Both the position numbers and the translations under genes were made by a program. Shown here piece after piece: positions 8,903 through 18,727 of a stretch of 64,000 bases of DNA. Location: assembly GCA_018296565.1 (NCBI GenBank), contig GCA_018296565.1_3935.1. One strand, given 5' to 3'. The notes below the pieces were generated by a model. It was not told where the DNA came from. It did no database searches and was given only the letters and a program-made list of their open reading frames with translations. The stretch's first letter is position 1, and the number at the start of each line of letters is the position of its first letter. The DNA comes from a phage.

Positions 8903-9151
8903 ATGATGAACTATTTCAATATCCCTGATACCTGCCGACTATTGACACAAGAAGAAAACTTGGGTAAACCTTTTCTTTACCACATGCCAGACAACACACC
9001 AAAAACTTATAGTTACAATGTCAACCGTTTTACCGCATACGCTGCAAAGAACGGTTATAAGTTGGTCACTCAAAAAGTAATGCTGGTTACAACCGCTGAC
9101 GAGATTCCTACAGTTGCAGTTAAACTAATTTTCTCAAAAAAAGTTAAATAA
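8903..9151 (+). CDS. hypothetical small protein (cassette gene, type A leader)
   Basis: Conserved leader plus RBS. Confidence 0.6.
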   Translation: MMNYFNIPDTCRLLTQEENLGKPFLYHMPDNTPKTYSYNVNRFTAYAAKNGYKLVTQKVMLVTTADEIPTVAVKLIFSKKVK

Positions 9152-9236
9152 AGTACTTTACAAGGGGTTTATAGTTCGATAAAGTAAGCCCCAGATAAAG
9201 AGCTTTACCACTAAATCCTAAACTGGAGATTCAAAA

Positions 9237-9800
9237 ATGAAATGCTATCACGGCACTACTCTGAAAAACTTTGTAAACTTACTGAATGGTGGCGACAAGC
9301 CGGAAGGAATCTGGAACTGCTCCTACATGGATGATTGTTTCTACGTTTACCCAATGAACAAGGTTATCAAAACGGAATGTCTGGAAGATGAGGAAGATTC
9401 TTATATCCGTGAACGCTGCATTCAAAGCGCCTTAGAGTCTGGGCTTATTACGGCAGCTTTCCAAATGGAAACGCAGGAAGTGATTGTTATCGAAATGGAT
9501 ATCCCAGAGGAAGAACTTGAGGACGATTATTCTTGTGACAACATGAGCGAAATTGCCAGCTTTACCGGATACTTTGATAAGAATTGGATTATCGGCATAC
9601 ACTCGACGAAATTTAGTGCGATGTATGCACCTTTCTTTGTACCAGATGCAACTAACCGCAATTTAGGCTATGTTGACGATGATTTGTTAAGTATGGCGAA
9701 AATTGTACAGAATAGCGGTGACAGTTCCGTGTTTTGTGACTTGCTGGATAAAATCACGGCAAACATCACAGAGCGCAATTTAAAAGACTTTTTAGGTTAA
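9237..9800 (+). CDS. hypothetical acidic protein (cassette gene, type A leader)
   Basis: Conserved leader plus RBS; 187 aa. Confidence 0.65.
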   Translation: MKCYHGTTLKNFVNLLNGGDKPEGIWNCSYMDDCFYVYPMNKVIKTECLEDEEDSYIRERCIQSALESGLITAAFQMETQEVIVIEMDIPEEELEDDYSCDNMSEIASFTGYFDKNWIIGIHSTKFSAMYAPFFVPDATNRNLGYVDDDLLSMAKIVQNSGDSSVFCDLLDKITANITERNLKDFLG

Positions 9801-9863
9801 TCAGTACAAAGACACCAACTTCCAACTTAAGGCCCATACAGGGCCATTTAAAGGGCTTAAATC

Positions 9864-10097
9864 ATGCTTACAACCGTTTATCTTATCCTTTCTATTTGTA
9901 ATGGTCATTCATGTGATTTTAAAGGGCTTGAGGAGTTTACAGGGAGTAAAGAAAATGCTATTCAAGTTTGCCAGATAGCAAGACAAGACTATCCCGCCAG
10001 TGATGATATTCAATGCTACTTTAAGACAGAAGATGAAGACGGCGTCTATTTTGACAGTGTCGATGGTCAATATGAAATTATCATTGAAAAAGACTAG
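9864..10097 (+). CDS. hypothetical small protein
   Basis: ORF preceded by a different hairpin ggcccatacagggcc; no conserved leader. Confidence 0.5.
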   Translation: MLTTVYLILSICNGHSCDFKGLEEFTGSKENAIQVCQIARQDYPASDDIQCYFKTEDEDGVYFDSVDGQYEIIIEKD

Positions 10098-10187
10098 ACA
10101 AGCCTGATAAAAATCTGTAAATTGTCAATCAACGGGGAGGGAATGACCTTCCCCACTAAATAAAGTCCTAAACTGGAGATTCTAAAA

Positions 10188-10529
10188 ATGGCTTATGTAA
10201 CCGTAATTACCGATAAAGCTGGCGCATCTTGGTCAACTCAGGTCAGTGATAAGATGTCACCTATGCAGTGCCTAAAATACTTTGAACAGTGGAATAAAGG
10301 CGAGGACACAAGCCCCTTTCAAGTGATGCAGATTATCCATGTAGACAACGAAGGGAATAAAACGACGCTGAATAGTGAGTACTATGCAAGCCGTTTTGAA
10401 ACGAGAAGTAAAACAATGAAACTTTTACGTGAATCCGGTTATACCCATATCGCCGCGTTAATCTGGGATGACCTGCTAAAAAGTCAGCGTATCAGCTATG
10501 TAAAACCTGAAAAAATATTCATCAGTTAA
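10188..10529 (+). CDS. hypothetical small protein (cassette gene, type B leader)
   Basis: Conserved leader plus RBS. Confidence 0.65.
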   Translation: MAYVTVITDKAGASWSTQVSDKMSPMQCLKYFEQWNKGEDTSPFQVMQIIHVDNEGNKTTLNSEYYASRFETRSKTMKLLRESGYTHIAALIWDDLLKSQRISYVKPEKIFIS

Positions 10530-10561
10530 TCAATAACTTACAAAAAACTTTTAAAAAGATG

Positions 10562-10590
10562 TTGACAACCCCTCTTGACATTGGTAACTT
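10562..10590 (+). promoter_or_regulatory. sigma70-like promoter candidate (tandem TTGACA boxes)
   Basis: Two TTGACA hexamers; TAACTT 17 nt after the first. Confidence 0.35.
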
Positions 10591-10751
10591 TGTTCGAGGG
10601 GGTTTATCTAAAAGGGATTAACTTAAAAGATTCTTTATAGATAGATTTAAAAAATTGCTTGCAATCAGATATCAAAACAAGTAAATTACTCATCAACGGG
10701 GAGGCAATAACCTCCCTACTAAGTAAAGTCCTTAAACTAGGAGATTCTAAA

Positions 10752-11282
10752 ATGAACAAGTTCAAAGCTATCAACTATATTCGTTCAAATAATGTAATGG
10801 CTAAGCCTGTTAAAGATACCTATGAATTTCGTTGTAATGGGGTACACTTTGCAACCATTACCAAATCAGAAAACGGGGCTTATTACGTTCATCGTCGTAA
10901 TGTTGCAACCGTTGTAGTCTCTCACTTTATGCAAGCTGTCGCGGAACTTCTCCCGATGTTTTTAGGTCTTTATTTAGATGAGTGTAAAAACGTTCACAGC
11001 CACGTTAAAAACCTTTTAAATAGCTATAAAATGGCTTATGAACGTTCTATCAAGTCCTTAAACAAGTTTTACAACGCACCTAAAAATACTGTATCAATAG
11101 CCTATGCTGCAAATGGTGAGATGGTAAACTTATCCAATGTGGAAGAAATCAAGCTGCATGATTTACGCCCTAGCGGTTACTCTAAGACTCTCGGTGAAGG
11201 TTTAACGTTCAATATCAAGAACTTAGAGAAAACTTTAAAAGATATTGAAAAAGATATTGACGAGACAACCAAAAGTCTGTAA
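10752..11282 (+). CDS. hypothetical protein (cassette gene, variant type B leader)
   Basis: ATG at 10752 directly after leader; ORF-track start 10659 lies inside the leader. Confidence 0.6.
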   Translation: MNKFKAINYIRSNNVMAKPVKDTYEFRCNGVHFATITKSENGAYYVHRRNVATVVVSHFMQAVAELLPMFLGLYLDECKNVHSHVKNLLNSYKMAYERSIKSLNKFYNAPKNTVSIAYAANGEMVNLSNVEEIKLHDLRPSGYSKTLGEGLTFNIKNLEKTLKDIEKDIDETTKSL

Positions 11283-11347
11283 ATTGTCAATCAACGGGGA
11301 GGGAATGACCTTCCCCACTAAATAAAATCCTAAACTGGAGATTCAAA

Positions 11348-11611
11348 ATGGAACACGTCGAACTGACCACACTTTTACAAATTGCAACCGACAAAGAGGA
11401 TGTAGCATTATTCCATCGTATCGAGAGTGATTTGTTCAATGGTGAAATCATTAAAGAGTCTTACGAAGTTGTCGGATTCAAAGACGGTAAAGCGTTCGGA
11501 TTCTTTGACCTCGACAAAGGCAAAGCGGTTACAAAATATGATGTTTTATCTTGTGAGATTCTGACAAAATACAACGAAAAAAGACTTGCAACATACGCCA
11601 ATATGCAGTAA
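11348..11611 (+). CDS. hypothetical small protein (cassette gene, type B leader)
   Basis: Conserved leader plus RBS. Confidence 0.65.
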   Translation: MEHVELTTLLQIATDKEDVALFHRIESDLFNGEIIKESYEVVGFKDGKAFGFFDLDKGKAVTKYDVLSCEILTKYNEKRLATYANMQ

Positions 11612-11688
11612 ATTACTAATCAACGGGAGGGACAACCTCCCTACTAAGTAAAGTCCTTAAACTACTTCCTAAACTGGAGATTCTAAAA

Positions 11689-11937
11689 ATGGCAACTATC
11701 CGCGCAACTGTCAATGCTTATGGCTGTTATACTCTGGACGTTAAATTTGATATTAGTGGAACTGATGAGTGTTTTTCATTAGTGAAGACAGTTATCAAGC
11801 AAGTTATCCCAGATTATAACCCTACTGATGACTTCTGGAAAGATGCTGTAAAAGAGGCATTAAACGACGAGCATCACTATCATTACTGGGGTGACTTGAT
11901 TGTCTCACTGTACTACAATAAACAAGGTTACAACTAA
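11689..11937 (+). CDS. hypothetical small protein (cassette gene, variant type B leader)
   Basis: Conserved leader plus RBS. Confidence 0.6.
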   Translation: MATIRATVNAYGCYTLDVKFDISGTDECFSLVKTVIKQVIPDYNPTDDFWKDAVKEALNDEHHYHYWGDLIVSLYYNKQGYN

Positions 11938-11947
11938 TCGACGCAAC

Positions 11948-12000
11948 GGGGCTAAATAGCCCCAGATACCTGAAAAGCTCCTTCTCATAGGGGCTTTTTT
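11948..12000 (+). terminator. terminator-like hairpins with T-run ending the plus-strand small-gene array
   Basis: ggggctaaatagcccc hairpin, then ...ggggc followed by TTTTTT. Confidence 0.5.
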
Positions 12001-12027
12001 ACGTCTATGTAATAGCCTCTATACAAT

Positions 12028-12050
12028 CCCTTTCCTTTCCTTTCCTTTCC
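12028..12050. repeat. microsatellite (CTTTC)x4
   Basis: ccctttcctttcctttcctttcc. Confidence 0.8.
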
Positions 12051-12419
12051 AGAATCTATCCCACTAATTCGATAGAATCTATCTCATACCTTAAAAGCAA
12101 TAACTCTATAGTCTACTCTATAACCTCTTATCAAATCAACTTAAATAAAAGCCCATAACCCGAAAGGGAAGGGCAACCGTTTAAACGCTCTATAAAGCTC
12201 TATAACAGCCTTATCAACCTAACTTAAGGGATTGCATTAACTCACCCTAAAAAGCTCTTTATAAAGCTTCCTAGAGCCTTAAAAGAATCTTATAAGGGTG
12301 TAAGCTTTATCATCTCGTTAGCTATCTTGTGAATATCTAAAAAGGGCTTGTTATTGTCTTAAAAGTATGTTATATGGGCTTTAAAGTTACTTTGAAGTAG
12401 CTTAAAAGTTACGTAAATG

Positions 12420-13510
12420 CTAGCCCCCTTAACATTTTCTTAACAATTTCTTAACAAACCCTACATAGTTATGCTTTTAAGGCACTTGTTAGCAACTTGT
12501 TAGTCCCTTGTTAAATCTCTGTTAAGACCACGTAAAAGCCTTGTAAGAGTCTTTGACATAGCCTTTAAAGCCCCTGTAAAGCCCTATAAAGAGGTATCTG
12601 TACAGTTGGGGGGTAGATACTAGGAAGAGACTTAAAAGAGCTTACAAGGAGCTATAGAGAGCTTTTAAGAGGTATGTTTAAAGAATCACTAAGAAAGGAA
12701 AGGGAACGATAAGAAAAGAGATAGTGACCATGTTAATAGCTTGTTAAAAAGATTAAACACTTGTTAGAGACTTGTTAATTATCTTAACAAAATAACTCTT
12801 AAAAATTAACTTGTTAGCTCTTGTTAGCCATCTGTTAAGACTCTGTAAAGCCTATGTATCAACTGTTAAGAAACTGTTACGCTCTTGTTAGTTCTGTTGA
12901 GAATCTGTTAAGACCTTTGAAGAGATGTTAAGGAGATGTGAGAACTGTTAAGAGATTGTTAAGGATATTTTAAAATTTTGCAAAGTACTTGTAAGGGAGC
13001 TGTTAAGGGCTACCAAGCAGATATACATCTTCTACAGATATTTTTCAGTTCCTTCAAAGACCCTAAAAAATGACTTGATAGTCCTATTTTATAAAAATTT
13101 TAAAAATCTGAATAATTACCTATACAGTCTTTCTAAAATACAGGTAATAACAGGCTTATAAGATACCTTGTTAGTACCGTGTTAGACCTTGTGAGATAAG
13201 GTCTGTAAAGATATTCCTGTTAAGTTTGTTAAAACAGTCTATATAGAGGCTTAGTAATACCTAGTGAACACCTATAGAGAGTGTCATAGCTAACCTAGAG
13301 ATTAAGAGGTGTATAGGAGCTTCTAAGAGGGTATAGAAAGATGGTTAAGGTGATTGTATAGGTTGTTAAGAAGGCTTGTTAGAGGGCTTGTTAGAAGGGT
13401 TATACAGAGGGCTATTAAGACCACTAGATAGATACTAAGAGACTATATAGTACTATATAACTATATATAGAGAGTAAGCTTAAGAAGGTTGTTAAGAAGG
13501 GTAGATATTT
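12420..13510. repeat. dense array of short iterated motifs (YTGTTAR and reverse complement CTTAACA), non-coding
   Basis: Dozens of cttgttag / ctgttaag / gttgttaag copies, often 10-12 nt apart; no ORF of 60 aa or more in the block. Confidence 0.7.
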
Positions 13511-13604
13511 TGTTCACATATGATGGTGACCCAGAGGTTGGGACAACCGATAAAAATTTTATAAAAATTAAAAAGCCCCCAATTAAGGAGGCTCTTAAGA
13601 TATT

Positions 13605-14228
13605 TTAAATCAGTGTTTCCAGAACTGTTTTTAATGATGACTTGGTTGTCTGATAAAAATGAGTAAAGCCATTGTTGTTATCAAATACCTGCATCATGAT
13701 ATCATCTCCCTTGATTGGGTACACTCGGATATCATAGTGAAAACCATTAAAGACACAAGAGCCATTACAGAATGCACTAAAGTCATCAACTGAGATATAC
13801 TCTTCATGTCCTGTGATTTTTATACAAACACCTTTACTCGGTCTCTTAGGGTTGATATCTTCCATCACAGACATACTCTGTCCACCAAGAGATACCATAG
13901 TGACCACTTTACGGTTCTTCTGTCTAAAGTACATTTTAACTTTCTGCAAAGTGTCTTCATAGAACGGATAAGACCTTTCTACAAAGATTCCTTCAAGTGG
14001 CTCTTTACCATTTTCAACTTCTCTGTTATGCCGTACTGCAAAGATAATTTGTTCGAACCAGTCAAGATTTTCTTCGGAGAGTGCTTCCCGAACATCCTTC
14101 CAGTCAAGTACTAAGTAGTTACCTTCAACTTCTTTTAAGTTATCTTTTTCCATATCTATCACACCATTATCGTAAAACTTGATATTCTGGTACTGCGAAT
14201 TTATTACTATTGTTCTTGATGAGGTCAT
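13605..14228 (-). CDS. hypothetical protein
   Basis: ORF; first Met overlaps upstream gene by about 60 nt, so true start may be the internal Met near 14153. Confidence 0.5.
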   Translation of the reverse strand: MTSSRTIVINSQYQNIKFYDNGVIDMEKDNLKEVEGNYLVLDWKDVREALSEENLDWFEQIIFAVRHNREVENGKEPLEGIFVERSYPFYEDTLQKVKMYFRQKNRKVVTMVSLGGQSMSVMEDINPKRPSKGVCIKITGHEEYISVDDFSAFCNGSCVFNGFHYDIRVYPIKGDDIMMQVFDNNNGFTHFYQTTKSSLKTVLETLI

Positions 14229-14631
14229 CCTCTGAAACTAAAAATGTAATACCACATAAGTGTCTGTAACGACTATCATACTCGAATATCTTAAACAGAT
14301 ATTTACCATCATGATAAACCTGTTGCACTTCACCTTCTGCAACAATCTCACCTGTAATAAAATTTTTTAGTTTATACACATTACCAACTTTAGGTACTGT
14401 TTTCATCTCAGGCTCTTTTAGTGCTACACCTATTTTTGCATCACCGAGTAAATGAGAACTCTCAAAAGCTACGTGTTTCATATAGGCTTCTGAGCATTCC
14501 CAAATAAAACAATGTACAAGAACCTTAGCAGCATGTCTTGAGCAGTTCAACTTATCACAAATTTCTGTGTACATCTCATCTTTAGTAGAATTGTCAAGCA
14601 TTGCTCTTTGCACTACTTCTTTAATTTTCAT
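14167..14631 (-). CDS. hypothetical protein
   Basis: ORF in minus-strand operon. Confidence 0.5.
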   Translation of the reverse strand: MKIKEVVQRAMLDNSTKDEMYTEICDKLNCSRHAAKVLVHCFIWECSEAYMKHVAFESSHLLGDAKIGVALKEPEMKTVPKVGNVYKLKNFITGEIVAEGEVQQVYHDGKYLFKIFEYDSRYRHLCGITFLVSEDDLIKNNSNKFAVPEYQVLR

Positions 14632-15043
14632 AAGCTCTCCGAATAACCCTATTAAGCATCTCTAAAGTCAGCTTTCCAGATTCTAAATGCGGCATAACAA
14701 GCTTTAAAGCTTTTTCAACATCATGCACAATATCAATTATACCTTCTTCATAGGCTTCTACGAGGATATCTTTTACACAGATATAGCCTTCATTGATAAG
14801 GATTTGCATATCAAAATCTTTTGATTGCTTGTTTAACTTACCTCTCCAATACCCATCAGCATTAAAAGATATCACTTCACACTCTTTAAAATCCATATCA
14901 TCTGCATTGAATGGAGTAATTATTGTGCATTGGATTGGGTACTCTACACCAGTGGTGTCAACATCAAAAACCTTCACAGAAGTGAGTGGTTTCTTTGTTT
15001 TAGAGCAGTAAACTGTCAATCTTTTACCAATAAGCTCTTTCAT
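14621..15043 (-). CDS. hypothetical protein
   Basis: ORF in minus-strand operon. Confidence 0.5.
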   Translation of the reverse strand: MKELIGKRLTVYCSKTKKPLTSVKVFDVDTTGVEYPIQCTIITPFNADDMDFKECEVISFNADGYWRGKLNKQSKDFDMQILINEGYICVKDILVEAYEEGIIDIVHDVEKALKLVMPHLESGKLTLEMLNRVIRRAYEN

Positions 15044-15095
15044 TTCGCTACCTTCTAAGTTTCTACAAAGGGGCTATCAAGTAACCCCTAAGTTA

Positions 15096-15320
15096 TTACT
15101 CAGACTTTTCAGTCTTCTTATCGGATTTCTTACTAGTCTTCTTCTCAGCTTTCTGTTCAGGTTCCTTCTCAGAAGTTGCCTTGATAACCATATCAAGAAG
15201 CTCTGATAAGTCACTCTTCAGCAAAGTAACAGGCTGCTCATTGTAGAAGTTTTTGTCAAGATAAACTTTAAACTCTTCTATAGAAGGAAATCCAAAAATT
15301 GGTACAGGTGTCTTAATCAT
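15096..15320 (-). CDS. hypothetical small protein with Lys/Glu-rich C-terminus
   Basis: ORF, 74 aa. Confidence 0.4.
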   Translation of the reverse strand: MIKTPVPIFGFPSIEEFKVYLDKNFYNEQPVTLLKSDLSELLDMVIKATSEKEPEQKAEKKTSKKSDKKTEKSE

Positions 15321-15396
15321 TACTTAGTCTCTCCATAGGCATCTTTTAAGATTGCCTTGTTAATCATTTCAGCGATTGCAAAACGAACACATACAG

Positions 15397-15930
15397 CTAT
15401 AATTGTAGGTTGCATTCTTTACTTACCTCTTCAAGTTTAACCTCAGAATCCTTAAGTCGTTTCTTATGAACTCTGAACCTCATTAGTGAGATGATGATAC
15501 CAGCTAAAGGAACAACATACAAGTACCAGACATCATGCAACTTTGCAGTAATCTGTGTAATGGTCAAGTCTTGAGCTATGTAGCTGATTGCTGATACAGC
15601 TAGTAATGTTGCTAAGAAGAAAACCAGTATCATAACAATATTCAGACAACCTCTGGCATGGTATTCATGCTTAATGCACTTATTCTTCTCTTCAACAACC
15701 CTGTTGTAGTCATTTGTAAAGTCTCTGTAGAAAGCTTTTAAGTATTCTTGAGTGTAGCCTTCAAAGCAACCTGTACCGTACCAATAATCACCACCAAAAT
15801 GTGCTATGATACCAGTATCCCCATTTGGTTTGGTTACTCTTAGTGAAGTATGATGACCAGTCTTCTGATAATCTATCTTGTATCTTTCTTCGTAAATCAT
15901 TTCCCAACCCCTCTCAATCGTTTGTTCCAC
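15397..15930 (-). CDS. hypothetical membrane protein
   Basis: Two hydrophobic segments (IVMILVFFLATLLAVSAISYI and YLYVVPLAGIIISLM). Confidence 0.5.
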   Translation of the reverse strand: MEQTIERGWEMIYEERYKIDYQKTGHHTSLRVTKPNGDTGIIAHFGGDYWYGTGCFEGYTQEYLKAFYRDFTNDYNRVVEEKNKCIKHEYHARGCLNIVMILVFFLATLLAVSAISYIAQDLTITQITAKLHDVWYLYVVPLAGIIISLMRFRVHKKRLKDSEVKLEEVSKECNLQL

Positions 15931-16115
15931 TCAAGGTCAACAAGTCTTTGCAGGACTTTCCCTCTAGGTGTTACACCTTTTAAATCTGCATCGTAGCAAC
16001 GGTAAAAGTCACCTTCAGCGTGTTTACCGTAGCATTTTCTGATATTCTGGCTCCTACGATACTGCTCTAACAGGGACAGTTTGTAGTAGTCTTCAACTGT
16101 AGTTAGTTTTTTCAT
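15897..16115 (-). CDS. hypothetical small protein
   Basis: ORF, 72 aa. Confidence 0.4.
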   Translation of the reverse strand: MKKLTTVEDYYKLSLLEQYRRSQNIRKCYGKHAEGDFYRCYDADLKGVTPRGKVLQRLVDLEWNKRLRGVGK

Positions 16116-16657
16116 TCTTTCACCATAGCGTTTCTGAACTGGCGTTGTGTTTCTCTTGTAATTTCGTTTGGAGTAAACCCTGCTTTTAGCATATCTCTGA
16201 AAAGAACTTCTAAATGGTTCCTCTCAATGATGTAAATAGCATTCTGAATAGCTGTTTTGCGCTCCTTCAGGTCACTACTAATCTCTTCGCACTTACTGGT
16301 AAGTTCTGTATCAACTTTCTTATAGACTGGCATAACATGTGCGTAGCAACCTTTATTAGTCTCCATGAAAAATTTAAAAGATTCTTCAGAGTCCTTTAGA
16401 GCAATCCCTATAAAGTTTTTGTAAGCACCTGTGAAAGATAAGGAATCAATCTCAGCAGTTGAGTATACAGTCCCTGCACACAGTCTTGCAGAAGTACTGA
16501 ATGTGTGATTTGGTGTTGTGTCAAAGTCTAAATTCTTCAGTGGTCGGAAATAAACTGTACCATTGTGTGAGATGTGTGTTACAACAGCCTCAACACTCTT
16601 TGAAGGGTTCTGTTTAACATACAAAATAATTTTATCGTGCTCTTTCACTTTAGCCAT
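16112..16657 (-). CDS. hypothetical protein
   Basis: ORF, 181 aa. Confidence 0.5.
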   Translation of the reverse strand: MAKVKEHDKIILYVKQNPSKSVEAVVTHISHNGTVYFRPLKNLDFDTTPNHTFSTSARLCAGTVYSTAEIDSLSFTGAYKNFIGIALKDSEESFKFFMETNKGCYAHVMPVYKKVDTELTSKCEEISSDLKERKTAIQNAIYIIERNHLEVLFRDMLKAGFTPNEITRETQRQFRNAMVKE

Positions 16658-16729
16658 AACTATTCTCCAGAAACTAAAAAGGGAACTACCTCTCGATAGC
16701 TCCCATCATAGTCAATATTGTATACTCGG

Positions 16730-17311
16730 TCAAGAGTATTTTTTAGGCAGTAATGCACTGCGCTTGTTACTCTCTTCACTCAATAGTGCAATGAAATCAT
16801 CACTTTTACCTTTCCACGGGCTGAATGAAGGGATATGCTCACGAATGGCTTCAATCACCGTTTTCAGTGCTGTATTTTTCATCCACCAATCAGAATCTGC
16901 TGATGCTACCACGTAGTATCCACCGTCATCAGTTAAAATTGGCTCTGAAATACATGGTGAAATCAAAGTGGTGATGATTGAACCGTTGTTCATGTAGTAT
17001 GTGCGCTTCATAACCTTTTCAAGAAGCTTGTGAAGGTCACCAAACAGTGTTACAAGCTCTTTGTGGTCAATGTCTTTTTCGAGATTTGCACGATACTTCA
17101 ACAAAGCTGCATCAACTTCTCTATCATTGAACTTGAAGTATTGAACTTCTTCAACAAGGCAAACACTAATGTTGTTAACATTCATAGTCAACTTACAAAC
17201 TTTTACAGGAGAGTTGATGTTTGGTTGAAAAAGTGCAATACACCCTTCAATATTTCCAAAATGTTGTACCAATGTTACTTGTGGAGTGATATTCTGTTGC
17301 TCTTCGGACAT
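16730..17311 (-). CDS. hypothetical protein
   Basis: ORF, 193 aa. Confidence 0.5.
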   Translation of the reverse strand: MSEEQQNITPQVTLVQHFGNIEGCIALFQPNINSPVKVCKLTMNVNNISVCLVEEVQYFKFNDREVDAALLKYRANLEKDIDHKELVTLFGDLHKLLEKVMKRTYYMNNGSIITTLISPCISEPILTDDGGYYVVASADSDWWMKNTALKTVIEAIREHIPSFSPWKGKSDDFIALLSEESNKRSALLPKKYS

Positions 17312-17655
17312 TACAGTTTCCTCATTAAATACTTTTTAAGTTGTGTGTTAGGTTTCTCAAAAACTTCTATAGAAGATATCTTGACAGATTCACCACGCAT
17401 ACCAGTATGTTTGAATATATAGTACTCTAACATCCCTATGTACTTTGCTGGCAAGTCATACTTGACATACACCGTTACAGAATCTTCAAATTCAACAACC
17501 TTCGTACCATCTTTGTAGTTAAACTCTTTAGGATGGTTGTAGTTGTCTATGTCATACATTAAAAAGAGTCTTTTACGTTGTAAATCAAGCTTATTTGTTA
17601 AAGACTCTTTGATATCTGAGAAGTTTTTGTACACTGTGACATGGAGCTTACTCAT
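17311..17655 (-). CDS. hypothetical protein
   Basis: ORF, start codon overlaps downstream stop. Confidence 0.5.
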   Translation of the reverse strand: MSKLHVTVYKNFSDIKESLTNKLDLQRKRLFLMYDIDNYNHPKEFNYKDGTKVVEFEDSVTVYVKYDLPAKYIGMLEYYIFKHTGMRGESVKISSIEVFEKPNTQLKKYLMRKL

Positions 17656-17941
17656 CGTTAAACTCTCTGACGAAGAAATAGTTGACTTTGTTATTACCTA
17701 CCATAAGGTCAAAGCAGGTATTTTCAAAAGGTTTGTTGCAGGCATCATATGAAGTGTATGTATCAGCTACTTGCTTAGTAGTGAGCTTTTTACTTGATGG
17801 ATTTAAGAGGCCACCATACAGTTTCTTGATAGCCTCTTCTACAACAGACCAGATGATTTCGTCAGTAATCTCTTCGTACAGGTCAAGTTCACGCTCTAGT
17901 GAGAAGTCACAAATAGGGAAAATAACCTGCACTTTACTCAT
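17648..17941 (-). CDS. hypothetical protein
   Basis: ORF, 97 aa. Confidence 0.45.
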   Translation of the reverse strand: MSKVQVIFPICDFSLERELDLYEEITDEIIWSVVEEAIKKLYGGLLNPSSKKLTTKQVADTYTSYDACNKPFENTCFDLMVGNNKVNYFFVREFNDE

Positions 17942-18336
17942 TAACGAATCACCTGTGAGACTTGAATTGCTTCAGTTACTGACAAGTCACCTACTTTCTC
18001 TTCTTTGATAAAAGTGAAGGTGAGTTCAACAGGTTCTTCTTCTTGCTCAACTGGAACACCATTAAGCTCATCAAAGATTGATTGGGTTGTCCAGTCTTCA
18101 CCACCATCTGGGTAGTGGATTGCGTAAAGAGGGAACTCTATATCAAACCAACCAAATACAGGACAACCATCTTCATCATCTCGTACTCGATGAAGTGTGC
18201 TTCCAGACCCTGTAAACTGAAGGAATAAATCTCCGTTGCACTTGTATATTACTGCATCGGCAAAACCTATATCTTCTCGACCATCATGACCAAACGTGTC
18301 AACTTTTACTTGGATATCTCTAACATCTTTATTCAT
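17941..18336 (-). CDS. hypothetical protein
   Basis: ORF, 131 aa. Confidence 0.5.
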   Translation of the reverse strand: MNKDVRDIQVKVDTFGHDGREDIGFADAVIYKCNGDLFLQFTGSGSTLHRVRDDEDGCPVFGWFDIEFPLYAIHYPDGGEDWTTQSIFDELNGVPVEQEEEPVELTFTFIKEEKVGDLSVTEAIQVSQVIR

Positions 18337-18727
18337 AAAAACCTCTCTCTGCTTGTTCGATTTTTGCTCTTAAAGTTTCGCAATGATGTAGGTGGTAGTT
18401 AGCTTCTTGTTCATGTGTTGCTAACTGCCTTTCCAGAACAGTTTTATAGTAACCTGCAAGTTGCTCTTTTGTCAATGGGTGCTCTGAAATAATATCAAGT
18501 CCACTTTCGCCAAGAGGGTTGAATTGTCCATACTCATTGACATTGTAAGTCTCAAACTTGAATAGACCATTGTTCACAGACTCAATAGGTGACAGTTCAA
18601 CAAGCTCTACAGTAAACCGTGTATACACCTTGTCACCTCTTGAAACTACATTGTTTCCAACAATGCGTACAAGCGAGCCATTACGAGTGTACTTAAAAGT
18701 CCCAAAGTCACTAGCCCAAAGTTTCAT
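18329..18727 (-). CDS. hypothetical protein
   Basis: ORF, 132 aa. Confidence 0.5.
   Translation of the reverse strand: MKLWASDFGTFKYTRNGSLVRIVGNNVVSRGDKVYTRFTVELVELSPIESVNNGLFKFETYNVNEYGQFNPLGESGLDIISEHPLTKEQLAGYYKTVLERQLATHEQEANYHLHHCETLRAKIEQAERGFYE

Noticed and set aside
5036-11937. Possible CRISPR array, considered because of regularly spaced near-identical repeats
   Set aside because: The repeats are 60-90 nt leaders each followed by an RBS and a protein-coding ORF of 60-190 aa; unit spacing is irregular and far larger than CRISPR spacers; there are no cas genes.
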